Assembly: GCA_963820155.1 (NCBI GenBank)
Contig: CAWFYW010000017.1
Location: 651,020-715,019, forward strand
Reading direction: 5' to 3'
Origin: an uncultured Alphaproteobacteria bacterium
GTDB lineage: Bacteria; Pseudomonadota; Alphaproteobacteria; Reyranellales; Reyranellaceae
Length of the DNA stretch: 64,000 nt
This document shows, in pieces, positions 27,728-37,144 of the stretch (the first letter of the stretch is position 1; each line of letters begins with the position of its first letter). Made by a program: the position numbers and the translations under genes. Below the pieces are notes generated by a model, which worked only from the letters and a program-made list of their open reading frames with translations, did no database searches and was not told the DNA's origin.

Positions 27728-28768
27728 TCAGCCCTTGAAGGATTTGTTCCACCAGTCCTGGAACGCCGCGTCGTTCTTGGCGAGATAGCCGTAGTCGAGA
27801 TCGACCAGGCGCTTCTGCTCCTCCGGCGTGAAGCCGATGCGCTTCTGCACGTCGGGCGGCACGTGGGCGTTGGTGACGGTGGGATTGTAGCCCATGTCGA
27901 CGGCGAAGCCTTCCTGGGCCGACGGCGCCAGCATGGCGTCGAGATAGGCGTAGGCGCCCGCCTTGTTGGGGGCGTTCTTCGGTACCACGAAGCCCGAGAC
28001 GTACATCGGCACGCCTTCCTTGGCGGCCACCGTCTCGACATTGATGCCGGCCTTCTGCCATTGCACGGCGCGCGCCTTCCACATGATGCCGCAGGCGATC
28101 TCCTCGGTCTTCATGGCCTGCGCGAACGCCTCGTTCGAAGGATAGATGCGCGCGCCCGCCTTCTTGCAGGCGATCAGCCGCTCCTTGCCCGGCTCGATGT
28201 TGCTCACCGAGCCGCCCGAGGCCATGCCCGCGGCGACCAGCGTGTACTGGTACTGGATGTCGATGATGCCGAGCTTGGCGCCGTTCTTGGGATCGAGCGT
28301 GTCGGCGAAGCCCGTCGGCGGGTCCATGAGCTTGGGATTGTAGAGGATCACCTTGCCCGAGTAGATGTGGCCCACGCCGTAGGGATACTTCATCGCCGGG
28401 ATGAGGTTCTTGGAGTTGGGGATCTGACTGTAATCGAGATGCAGGATCGTGCCCTGCTGGTCCATCTCGTACATGTTGGCGGCCGACACGCCCTGGATGT
28501 CCGACGTGCCGCGGCGCAGTGACTTCTCGGCCAGCACCTTGGCGCGGCGCGGCGGGTCGTTGGCCTCGTCCTTGACCACGTCCCAGCCCTTGGGCGCGAG
28601 CAGCGGCGTCTCGATGTTCTTGGCCAGGAGCCGCGAATAGTCGCCGCCCCAGGTGCCGACGACGATGCGCTTGTTGTCATCCGCATGGGCCGGCAGGGCG
28701 GCGCCGGCGGCGAAAGCGGCCGCGCCGCCGAGCGCGGTGCGACGGTTGATCATGAAAGCTTTGGACAT
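27728..28768 (-). CDS. ABC substrate-binding protein (PotD/AfuA-like), Tat signal
   Basis: INRRTALGGAAAF, VVGTWGGDY, AYAYLDAMLAPSAQ. GGAGG RBS. Confidence 0.85.
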   Translation of the reverse strand: MSKAFMINRRTALGGAAAFAAGAALPAHADDNKRIVVGTWGGDYSRLLAKNIETPLLAPKGWDVVKDEANDPPRRAKVLAEKSLRRGTSDIQGVSAANMYEMDQQGTILHLDYSQIPNSKNLIPAMKYPYGVGHIYSGKVILYNPKLMDPPTGFADTLDPKNGAKLGIIDIQYQYTLVAAGMASGGSVSNIEPGKERLIACKKAGARIYPSNEAFAQAMKTEEIACGIMWKARAVQWQKAGINVETVAAKEGVPMYVSGFVVPKNAPNKAGAYAYLDAMLAPSAQEGFAVDMGYNPTVTNAHVPPDVQKRIGFTPEEQKRLVDLDYGYLAKNDAAFQDWWNKSFKG

Positions 28769-28791
28769 GAGGACCTCCTGTGTTTTCTTGG

Positions 28792-29844
28792 CTACTCGTT
28801 GAATACCAGACCGGCCGACGCAGGCCAGCCGACATGGACGGGCTGGCCGACTTCGGGGGCGAACCCGCCGTCGCGGTTGGCGATCTGCACCACCAGCCGG
28901 TCGCTGGGCGTCAGCCGGACATGGATGTCGATCAGGGCGCCGAGATAGGAGACGAACTCCACCGTACCCGGCAGGTCGTTGTCGAGCCCGGCGTGCGGGG
29001 TGGGCCCGATCTCCACCCGCTCCGGCCGGAGCGCCAGCACGCTGCGGCCCTCGGTGGCGCCCACGCAATTGAGAACCAGCCCGCCGTCGCTGCGGAAGCG
29101 GCCGGGCGCCTCGAGCGTGCCCTCGAGGAAGGTGCTGCGGCCGACGAAGCCCGCCACGAAACGGTCGGCCGGCCTTTCATAGAGATCGCGCTGGCTGCCG
29201 ACCTGGCGCACCGAGCCCTCGTTCATGACCACCAGCCGGTCGGCCATGGTCAGCGCCTCTTCCTGGTCGTGGGTGACCATGACGGTGGTGAGGCCGAGCT
29301 GACGCTGCAGTTCGCGGATCTCGACCCGCACCTCCTGGCGCAGCTTGGCGTCGAGGTTGCTGAGCGGCTCGTCGAGCAGCAGCACGTCGGGCCGGATGGC
29401 GAGCGCGCGCGCCAGCGCCACCCGCTGCTGCTGGCCGCCCGAGAGCTGGCGCGGCAGGCGGCCGCCATAGCCCGAGAGGCGCACCAGGGCCAGCGTCTCC
29501 TCGACCCGGCGCTCGATGTCGGCGCGCGACAGCTTGCGCATCTCCAGGCCGAAGGCCACGTTCTGGGCCACAGTGAGGTGCGGAAAGAGCGCGTAGCTCT
29601 GGAACACCATGCCGGCATTGCGCTTCCACGGCGGCAGCAGGGTGACGTTGGCGCCGCCCAGCCTCACCCGCCCGCTGGTCGGCTCGATGAAGCCCGCGAC
29701 CATACGCAGGGTCGTGGTCTTGCCGCAGCCCGAGGGGCCCAGCAGCACCAGGAACTCGCCGTCGGCCACGCTCAGCGAGACGTCGCGCACGGCGTGGAAG
29801 TCGCCGTAGCGCTTGACCAGGCCTTCGATGTCGAGCCGCGCCAT
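28792..29844 (-). CDS. ABC ATP-binding protein (PotA-like, TOBE domain)
   Basis: GPSGCGKTT, LSGGQQQRVALARAL, LLLDEP, VTHDQEEAL. Confidence 0.9.
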   Translation of the reverse strand: MARLDIEGLVKRYGDFHAVRDVSLSVADGEFLVLLGPSGCGKTTTLRMVAGFIEPTSGRVRLGGANVTLLPPWKRNAGMVFQSYALFPHLTVAQNVAFGLEMRKLSRADIERRVEETLALVRLSGYGGRLPRQLSGGQQQRVALARALAIRPDVLLLDEPLSNLDAKLRQEVRVEIRELQRQLGLTTVMVTHDQEEALTMADRLVVMNEGSVRQVGSQRDLYERPADRFVAGFVGRSTFLEGTLEAPGRFRSDGGLVLNCVGATEGRSVLALRPERVEIGPTPHAGLDNDLPGTVEFVSYLGALIDIHVRLTPSDRLVVQIANRDGGFAPEVGQPVHVGWPASAGLVFNE

Positions 29845-29845
29845 G

Positions 29846-30670
29846 TCAGACGACCCGGGCCAGCTTCACGTAGCGGTCGGTGATCAGCATCGCCCCACCG
29901 ATCAGCAAGATCTGCACCACCGAGACCGCGGCGATGGTCGGATCGATCTTCCATTCGAGATACTGCAGGATGACGATGGGCAGGGTGGTGCGGCCCGGCC
30001 CCACCAGGAACAGGCTCATCTCCAGATTGCCGAAGGAGGTGACGAAGCCGAACAGGGCGCCGGCCACGATGCCGGGCCGGATGGCGGGCAGGGTGATGCG
30101 CCAGAAGGTCACCCAGGCGTTGGCGCCGAGATTCTGGGCGGCTTCCTCGATGCTGCGATCGACGCCGGCCAGGCTCGCCGTGACCAGCCGCACCACCCAG
30201 GGAATGACGATCACGATATGGCCCGCCACCAGGGCGTAGAAGGTGCCGATGACGTCGACATCGAGGCCGTTCTCCAGCTCGACGTGGAAGACGTACATGG
30301 CCGTGCCCAGCACGACGCCGGGGACGATCAACGGCATCAGCAGAAGGCTGGCGAGCGGCGGCTTGAAGCTGAACTGGAAGCGCGCCACGCACAGCGCCGC
30401 CGGCACGCCCAGCGCCAGCCCGATCAGCGTCGCCAGCACGCCGACCTCGAAGCTCACCGTGAATCCGTCGAGGAACTTGCGCTGGTCGAAGATCGCGGCG
30501 AACCATTTCAGGCTGTAGCCCTCGGGCGGGAACGAGGGGATCTCCTGCCGGAAGAAGGCCAGCCAGACCACGAAGATCAGCGGCACGAGGATGTAGAGCA
30601 GGGCAAGCGACGCCGCCCCGTTCAACACCCAGCGCCCGGCCCGGCGGCGGATGACGGCAAGGGAGGTCAC
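29846..30670 (-). CDS. ABC transporter permease (PotC-like)
   Basis: PPEGYSLKWF, EEAAQNLGA, FVTSFGNLE. GTG start overlaps the amidohydrolase stop. Confidence 0.85.
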   Translation of the reverse strand: MTSLAVIRRRAGRWVLNGAASLALLYILVPLIFVVWLAFFRQEIPSFPPEGYSLKWFAAIFDQRKFLDGFTVSFEVGVLATLIGLALGVPAALCVARFQFSFKPPLASLLLMPLIVPGVVLGTAMYVFHVELENGLDVDVIGTFYALVAGHIVIVIPWVVRLVTASLAGVDRSIEEAAQNLGANAWVTFWRITLPAIRPGIVAGALFGFVTSFGNLEMSLFLVGPGRTTLPIVILQYLEWKIDPTIAAVSVVQILLIGGAMLITDRYVKLARVV

Positions 30671-31896
30671 AGCACGTTCTTGTGGAACTGGCCGGCCTTC
30701 ATGATGGCCGACAGGTGCGGGCCGCCGTCCTTGAACAGGCCGAGGTCCTTCAACGGATCGCCGTCGACCACCAGCAGGTCGGCGAAGGCGCCGGGCGCTA
30801 TGACGCCGAGCTTGCCCTCCTGGCGCACGACTTCGGCGCCGATCAGGGTCGCCGAGCGGATGACGTCGATCGCCGGCATCACTTCGCCCCGGATCTGGAA
30901 CTCGCCGGTCTGCTCGTCCTCCAGCGCGCCCAGCAGGTCGGAGCCGTAGGCCATGCGGACGCCCGCCTTGCGGCAGTGCTCCAGCTCGGCGAAACCGTAC
31001 TTCAGCACCTCGTCGTTCTTGTCGAGCATCTCCCTGGGCATGCCGAGCTCGGCGGCGCGCCGTTTCATGGCGTCGTAGGTGACGAGGTTGGGGATCATGT
31101 AGACGCCCTTCTGCGCCATCAGCTTGGCGGTCGGCGCATCGACGAGATTGCCGTGCTCGATGGTGCGCACACCGCATTTGACGGCCCGGGTAATGGCTTC
31201 GGGCGTGTAGGCGTGCGTCAGCACATAGCGGCCGAAGGCATGCGCCTCCTCGACGGCGGCGGTGATCTCCTCCTCGGTGAATTGCAGCGATTCCAGCGGA
31301 TCGTAGGGCGAGGCGACGCCGCCCGAGACCATCAGCTTCACCTGATCCGCGCCCTGGCGCATCTGCTCGCGGGCCGCCTTGCGCACCTCGTCGGGCCCGT
31401 CGGCGATGCAGCGGATGAACACCATGCCGTTGCAGCACAGGCAGGGCGGGCCGATGTCGGTGCGGCGGTTGCGGTCGTTGTGGCCGCCGGTCGGGCCGAT
31501 CGAGCGGCAGGAGATGAAGAGGCGCGGGCCGGGGATCAATCCCAATTCGACCGCGGTCTTGGTGCCCCAGTCGGCGCCGCCGGCGTCGCGCACGGTGGTG
31601 AAGCCGCGATCGAGCATGCGTTTGAGGCGGCCGGCCGAGCGCGCCATCATCAGCGTGAGCGGCACCGCCTCCATGCGGTTGATGTAGACCTCGCTGTGAT
31701 GCGTGTGCACGTGGCAGTCGATCAGGCCCGGCATCAGGGTGCGCTTGCCGCAATCGACCACATCGGCCTTCGAGGCCTTGATGGGCTTGGCCGAAACTTC
31801 CTTGATGGTGTCGCCCTCGACCAGCACCTCGTAGCCCGGCCGCGATTCCTTCCAGCGGGGATCGAGGAGACGCAGATTCTTGAACAGAAAGGACAT
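30667..31896 (-). CDS. Amidohydrolase, Xaa-Pro dipeptidase-like (copy 1)
   Basis: PGLIDCHVH, GFTTVRDAGG, GADQVKLM..GGV.S, HAYT, TIEHGN, YGSDLLG. Confidence 0.85.
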   Translation of the reverse strand: MSFLFKNLRLLDPRWKESRPGYEVLVEGDTIKEVSAKPIKASKADVVDCGKRTLMPGLIDCHVHTHHSEVYINRMEAVPLTLMMARSAGRLKRMLDRGFTTVRDAGGADWGTKTAVELGLIPGPRLFISCRSIGPTGGHNDRNRRTDIGPPCLCCNGMVFIRCIADGPDEVRKAAREQMRQGADQVKLMVSGGVASPYDPLESLQFTEEEITAAVEEAHAFGRYVLTHAYTPEAITRAVKCGVRTIEHGNLVDAPTAKLMAQKGVYMIPNLVTYDAMKRRAAELGMPREMLDKNDEVLKYGFAELEHCRKAGVRMAYGSDLLGALEDEQTGEFQIRGEVMPAIDVIRSATLIGAEVVRQEGKLGVIAPGAFADLLVVDGDPLKDLGLFKDGGPHLSAIMKAGQFHKNVL

Positions 31897-31913
31897 CAAC
31901 TAATCTCCGGAGA

Positions 31914-31986
31914 CTGTCGTGCCGAGCGTCGCGAGGGACCTTTGGTGATCAGTAAAGGTCCCTCGGCCTCCGGCCTCGGGATGACA
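31914..31986. repeat. REP/MITE-like long palindrome, family A, between the tandem amidohydrolases
   Basis: ctgtcgtgccgagcgtcgcgagggaccttt...aaaggtccctcgg...ctcgggatgaca, related to 11791-11861. Confidence 0.75.
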
Positions 31987-32012
31987 ATGGTGGTGCAATG
32001 TCGGCCTCGCGT

Positions 32013-33249
32013 TCACTTCAGCGCATTCTTGTGGAACTTGCCGGCCTTCATGATCACCGGCAGATGGGCGCCCTGGTCGAGGAAGAGCTCGAGCTTCTTC
32101 AGGGGATTGCCGTCGACCACGATCAGGTCGGCAAAGGCGCCGGGGGCGACGATGCCGAGCTTGCCCTCCTGGCGCAGGATCTCGGCGCCGACCACCGTCG
32201 CCTGCCGGATGATCTCCAGCGGCTTCAGGACCTTGGCGCGATGGATGAATTCGAGGCTCTGGTCGACCTGCAGCGCGCCCAGCAGGTCGGTGCCGTATCC
32301 CACCTTCACGCCGGCCGCCTTGCAAATTTCGAGCGAGCGCAACGCGCCTTCCAGCACGATGTCGTTCTTGGCCAGCATGTCGGCGGTCATGCCGAACTGG
32401 GCGGCGCGCTCCTTCATCGAGAAGTAGGTCACCAGGTTGGCGATCATGTAGCCGCCCTTGGATTTCAGCAGCCTGGCCGACTTGGCGTCGATCAGGTTGC
32501 CATGCTCGATGGTGCGCACGCCGTTGCTGACGGCCCGGGTGATGGCCTCGGGCGTGTAGGCGTGGGCCAGCACGTAACGGCCGAAGGCCTTAGCCTCGTC
32601 GGTCGCGGCGGCGATCTCGGCCTCGGAGAATTGCAGCGAGTTCGAGCGGATCGTAGGGCGAGGCGACGCCGCCGGAGCACATGATCTTCACCTGGTCGGC
32701 GCCCTGGCGCATCTGCTCGCGCACCAGCTTGCGCACCTCGTCGGCACCGTCGGCGACGGCCATGCAATAGACCATGGCGTTGCAGCAGCCGCAGGACGCG
32801 CCGCTGTCGGTGCGGCGGCGCGAATCGCTGTGGCCGCCGGTCGGTCCGATGGCGCGGCCGGAGATGAAGAGGCGCGGGCCGGGGATCAGGCCGGACTCGA
32901 CGGCGGTCTTGATGCCCCAGTCGGCACCGCCGGTGTCGCGCACCGTGGTGAAGCCGCGGTCGATCATCCCCTTCATCAGGTCTGCGGACCGCGCCGTCAG
33001 AAGCGTCAGCGGCACGTTCTCGAGGTTGCGGATATTGACCTCGACCAGGAAGACATGGACGTGGCAGTCGATCAGGCCGGGCATCAGGGTGCGCCTGCCG
33101 CAATCCACGACCTGGGCCTTGGCCGCCTTGATCGGCTTGGCCGACACTTCCTTGATCAGTTCGCCCTCGACCAGGACCTCATAGCCCCCGCGCGCCTCGC
33201 TCCAGCGCGGATCGAGCAGGTTCAAGTTCTTGAAAAGGATCTGCGGCAT
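32013..33249 (-). CDS. Amidohydrolase, Xaa-Pro dipeptidase-like (copy 2), one frameshift near 32640
   Basis: Same motifs as copy 1. Span is 3n+1 and the frame breaks at YDPLE|SLQF relative to the paralogue. Confidence 0.85.
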
Positions 33250-33333
33250 CAACACTCCCCCACACAGGCGCCGGCACCCTACGATGGCCGCCGGTTTGGC
33301 GCTACAGTCGGGCGACGGTTGGAGGACAAATCG

Positions 33334-34248
33334 ATGGCACGCATTGGCTGGCGGGGCGTCTTCCCCGCGGTGACGACGCAGTTTCGCGAGGATTTCTCGG
33401 TCGACATCGCCGCCACCCAGCGGGTGATCGAGGGCCTGATCCGCGACGGCGTCTCGGGCCTGATCATCTGCGGCACGGTCGGCGAGGGCACGTCGCTGGC
33501 GCCGGACGAGAAGCGCCAGGTCCTGTCGGCGGCGGTCGAGGTCGCTGCAAGGCGCGTGCCGGTGGTGGCGGGTGTGGCGGAATACACCACGGCGATGGCC
33601 GGCGACCTCGCGCGCGATTGCCGGAAGATCGGCGTCGACGGGCTGATGGTCATGCCGGCCATGGTCTACAGCGCCAAGCCGGCCGAGACCGTGGCGCATT
33701 TCAGGACCGTGGCCGGAGCTTCCGACCTGCCGATCATGGTCTACAACAACCCGCCCATCTACAAGACCGACGTCACGCCCGAGATGCTGGCCGAGCTCGC
33801 CGACTGCGACACCGTGGTCTGCATCAAGGAATCCTCGGGCGCCACGGCGCGCTTCGCCGACATCCGCCGGATCATGGGCGACCGCCTGGTGCTGTTCTGC
33901 GGCCTCGACGACGTCGTGGTCGAGTCGATCATGCTGGGCTGCGTCGGCTGGGTGTCGGGGCTGAGCAATGCCTTCCCGCACGAAGCCAACCGCCTGTTCG
34001 ACCTGGCCGCCTCGGGCCGCTACGACGAGGCGCGGCCGCTCTACGACTGGTTCATGCCGCTGCTGCATCTCGATGCGCGCGCCGACCTGGTGCAATGCAT
34101 CAAGCTTTGCGAGCAGCTCATGGGCCGCGGCAGCGAGCGCACCCGCCCGCCGCGCCTCGCCCTGCAGGGCGCCGAGCGCGCCCACGTCGAGAAGCTCGTC
34201 GCCGAGGCGCTCGCCGCGCGGCCATTGCTGCCTCTTGCCGCTGAATGA
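33334..34248 (+). CDS. DapA-like lyase, likely 1-pyrroline-4-hydroxy-2-carboxylate deaminase
   Basis: GVFPAVTTQF, CGTVGEG, MVYNNPPIY, CIKESSG, ARADLVQCIKL. Two genes upstream of the Hyp epimerase. Confidence 0.75.
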   Translation: MARIGWRGVFPAVTTQFREDFSVDIAATQRVIEGLIRDGVSGLIICGTVGEGTSLAPDEKRQVLSAAVEVAARRVPVVAGVAEYTTAMAGDLARDCRKIGVDGLMVMPAMVYSAKPAETVAHFRTVAGASDLPIMVYNNPPIYKTDVTPEMLAELADCDTVVCIKESSGATARFADIRRIMGDRLVLFCGLDDVVVESIMLGCVGWVSGLSNAFPHEANRLFDLAASGRYDEARPLYDWFMPLLHLDARADLVQCIKLCEQLMGRGSERTRPPRLALQGAERAHVEKLVAEALAARPLLPLAAE

Positions 34249-34769
34249 TGCGGCGCGTCGTTGTCATCGGAACCACAGGATCTGGAAAGAGCAGCCTGGC
34301 GCAACGGCTGGCCGGGCAGACCGGCCTGCGGGTGATCGAGCTCGACGCACTGTTCTGGGGCCGCGACTGGCAGCCCGCGCCGGTCGAGCTGTTCCGCCAT
34401 CGCGTCGAGCGCGAGATCGGCGAGGGCGGCTGGATCGTCGTGGGAAACTACGGCCAGGTGCGCGATCTCGTGTGGCGTCCGGCCGACACGCTGGTCTGGC
34501 TCGACCTGCCCCTGCCCTTGGTGATGTGGCGGCTGGCGCGCCGCACGCTGCGGCGGGTGGCGACCAGGGAAGAGCTATGGGGCACCGGCAATCGCGAGAG
34601 CTGGCGCAACGCCTTCTTCAGCCGCCAGTCCATTCTCCTGTGGGCCTTGAAGACCCATCGTCGCAATCGGGAGAAATACGCGATCGAATGCGAGTTCCTG
34701 GCCAAGGAGAAACGGGTCGTGCGCCTGCGAAGCGCACGCGAGATTGAGCGCTTCGTGGCGGAGGCGTAA
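34245..34769 (+). CDS. Adenylate-kinase-like P-loop protein (FlaR/topology modulation family)
   Basis: GTTGSGKSS, ELDALFW, GWIVVGNY, ADTLVWLDLP, LWGTGNRES. Confidence 0.75.
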   Translation: MMRRVVVIGTTGSGKSSLAQRLAGQTGLRVIELDALFWGRDWQPAPVELFRHRVEREIGEGGWIVVGNYGQVRDLVWRPADTLVWLDLPLPLVMWRLARRTLRRVATREELWGTGNRESWRNAFFSRQSILLWALKTHRRNREKYAIECEFLAKEKRVVRLRSAREIERFVAEA

Positions 34770-34778
34770 GCAGGCGCC

Positions 34779-35780
34779 ATGTCGGTCCACACCTTTTCCT
34801 GCCTCGACGGCCATACCTGCGGCAACCCGGTGCGCCTGGTGACGGGCGGCGCGCCCCTGCTCAGGGGGGCCACCATGAGCGAGCGGCGGCTCGATTTCCT
34901 GGAGCGCCACGACTGGATCCGCAGGGCACTGATGTTCGAGCCGCGCGGCCATGACGTGATGTCGGGCTCGATGCTCTATCCGCCGACCCGCGCCGATTGC
35001 GACATCGGCATCCTGTTCATCGAGGTGAGCGGCTGCCTGCCGATGTGCGGCCACGGCACCATCGGGACCGTGACCATGGCAGTGGAGAACGGCCTGGTGA
35101 TGCCGGCGACGCCGGGCGTGCTTGCTCTCGACGCCCCGGCGGGCCGGGTCGTGGCGCGCTATGAGCAGAACGGCCGCTTCGTCGAAAGCGTGCGCATCAC
35201 CAACGTCGCTTCCTACCTGGCGGCGAGCGACGTGGCGGTCGACGTGCCGGGCATGGGCGAGCTGGTGTTCGACATCGCCTACGGCGGCAACTTCTACGCC
35301 ATCCTCGAGCCGCAGAAGAACTTCGCCGGGCTCGAAGCGATGTCGGCCGGCGAGGTGTTGCGCCTGTCGCCCATCGTGCGCCGGCTGGTGAACGAGAAGA
35401 TCCAGCCCGTGCACCCCGAGAACCCGACCATCAAGGGCGTGAGCCACGTGATGTGGACCGGCAGGCCACGCGATGCGCGCGCCCATGGCCGCAATGCCGT
35501 CTTCTACGGCGACAAGGCGATCGACCGTTCCCCCTGCGGCACCGGCACCTCGGCGCGCATGGCCCAGCTCGCCGCGCGCGGCGGGCTCGAGGTCGGCGAG
35601 GCGTTCGTGCACGAGAGCATCATCGGCTCGCTGTTCGACGGCCGGGTCGAGGCGGCGACGCGCGTCGGCAACCACGACGCCATCGTGCCGTCAATCTCGG
35701 GCTGGGCGCGCCAGCACGGCATCAACACTATCTTCGTCGACGAGCGCGATCCCTTCGCGCACGGCTTCCAGGTAGGTTAG
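34779..35780 (+). CDS. 4-hydroxyproline 2-epimerase (proline racemase family)
   Basis: FEPRGHDVMSG, PMCGHGTIG and DRSPCGTG, giving the Cys/Cys catalytic pair. Confidence 0.9.
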   Translation: MSVHTFSCLDGHTCGNPVRLVTGGAPLLRGATMSERRLDFLERHDWIRRALMFEPRGHDVMSGSMLYPPTRADCDIGILFIEVSGCLPMCGHGTIGTVTMAVENGLVMPATPGVLALDAPAGRVVARYEQNGRFVESVRITNVASYLAASDVAVDVPGMGELVFDIAYGGNFYAILEPQKNFAGLEAMSAGEVLRLSPIVRRLVNEKIQPVHPENPTIKGVSHVMWTGRPRDARAHGRNAVFYGDKAIDRSPCGTGTSARMAQLAARGGLEVGEAFVHESIIGSLFDGRVEAATRVGNHDAIVPSISGWARQHGINTIFVDERDPFAHGFQVG

Positions 35781-35785
35781 TCGCC

Positions 35786-35855
35786 GGGCGCGCCACTCCA
35801 GTGGCGCGATCATTCCTCGGATCAACCAAAGACGCGCGACTGGAGTCGCGCGCCC
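35786..35855. repeat. REP-like family B, inverted pair
   Basis: gggcgcgccactccagtggcgcg (35786-35808) and inverted cgcgcgactggagtcgcgcgccc (35833-35855) between convergent stops. Confidence 0.75.
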
Positions 35856-35859
35856 CCAG

Positions 35860-37059
35860 CTACTCCGCTGCCTTCACCGCCGGCGCCGGCGTGCCGATGC
35901 CGCCGCGGGTGAACAGGGCGTCGATCTCGGCGGCGCTGTAGCCCAGCTCGCTGAGGATGTCCGGTCCGTCCTCGCCGATGTGCGGCGCGTGCTGCTGCGG
36001 CTCGTGCGTGGCAGCCGGCGGCAGGCCCGGGATGTTGGCGACCGGCATGCGGCCGAACCCGTCCTGCTCGATCCAGTCGACCGCGCCCGATTCCCTGACG
36101 TGCGGGTGCTCGAGATAGTCGGTGTAGTTGTTGACCCGCTCGCAGAACACTTCCTTGGGCTGCAGGATCGCGATCCATTCCTCGGTGGTCTTCTGCGGCA
36201 TCGTCTCGTTCAGCGCCTTGATGATCTTGGGCGCATTCCTGATGCGGCTCTCGTGGCTCTGCAGGGCGGGATCGTTGGCGATGTCGTCGCGGCCGATCAG
36301 CTCGAACAGGGCGCGGAAATGGTGCGGCCGCATGGCGCTCAGCATGATGTAGCCGTTGGCCGTCTTGTAGCTGCCGGCCGGCATGTAGAGCGGCGGCGGC
36401 GTGCCCTTGGAGAACACCCATTCCATCAGCTTGGCGCCCTGGAACGCCGCGGCCGAGCGCATCAGGCTGGAATCGATGTAGCTGCCCTCGCCGTAGCGGA
36501 ACTGGCGCATCAGCGCCGGCGCCAGCGCCTGGAAGGTGTAGAGGCCGGTCGTGACGTCGACCGCGATCATGCCCTGCCGCCAGGGCGTGCCGTCGGGCAT
36601 GCGGTTCATCACCATCATGCCGCTGAAGGCCTGGATCAGGCCGTCGACCGTGGGCCGCTTGCTGTAGGGGCCGGTCTGGCCGAAGCCCGAGACCGAGCAG
36701 TAGACGACCTTGGGATTGACCTTCTTGATGGCCTCGTAGCCGAAGCCCAGTCGCGCGATCACGCCGGGCCGGAAGCTCTCCATCACGACATGGGCCTTGG
36801 CGGCGATCTTGTTCACCACCTCGATGCCGTCGGGCGACTTGAGGTCGAGCGCGATCGAGCGCTTGCCGCGGTTGAAGGCGACGGAATGGGCGCAATGATC
36901 GCCCTTGAGCTCGCCCAGCGCGCGGCCCCAATCGCCCTCCAGCGGCTCGACCTTGATGACGTCTGCGCCGTGCAGGGCCAGCAGCATCGAGGCGTGCGGC
37001 CCCGCGATGCCCTGCGTGAAGTCGAGAACGGTGATGCCGTCGTACGCGCCCTTGGTCAT
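35860..37059 (-). CDS. CaiB/BaiF family III CoA-transferase
   Basis: VLDFTQGIAGP, DVIKVEP, NRGKRSI, ESFRPG, SVSGFGQTGP. Confidence 0.9.
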   Translation of the reverse strand: MTKGAYDGITVLDFTQGIAGPHASMLLALHGADVIKVEPLEGDWGRALGELKGDHCAHSVAFNRGKRSIALDLKSPDGIEVVNKIAAKAHVVMESFRPGVIARLGFGYEAIKKVNPKVVYCSVSGFGQTGPYSKRPTVDGLIQAFSGMMVMNRMPDGTPWRQGMIAVDVTTGLYTFQALAPALMRQFRYGEGSYIDSSLMRSAAAFQGAKLMEWVFSKGTPPPLYMPAGSYKTANGYIMLSAMRPHHFRALFELIGRDDIANDPALQSHESRIRNAPKIIKALNETMPQKTTEEWIAILQPKEVFCERVNNYTDYLEHPHVRESGAVDWIEQDGFGRMPVANIPGLPPAATHEPQQHAPHIGEDGPDILSELGYSAAEIDALFTRGGIGTPAPAVKAAE

Positions 37060-37144
37060 TGTTGTCCGCTCCTCCCAGCGACGCTGAACGTACGTTTACC
37101 GGTGGTCCGCAGGCAAGGCCCGGCCTGCAAGGAAGCCATGCATG

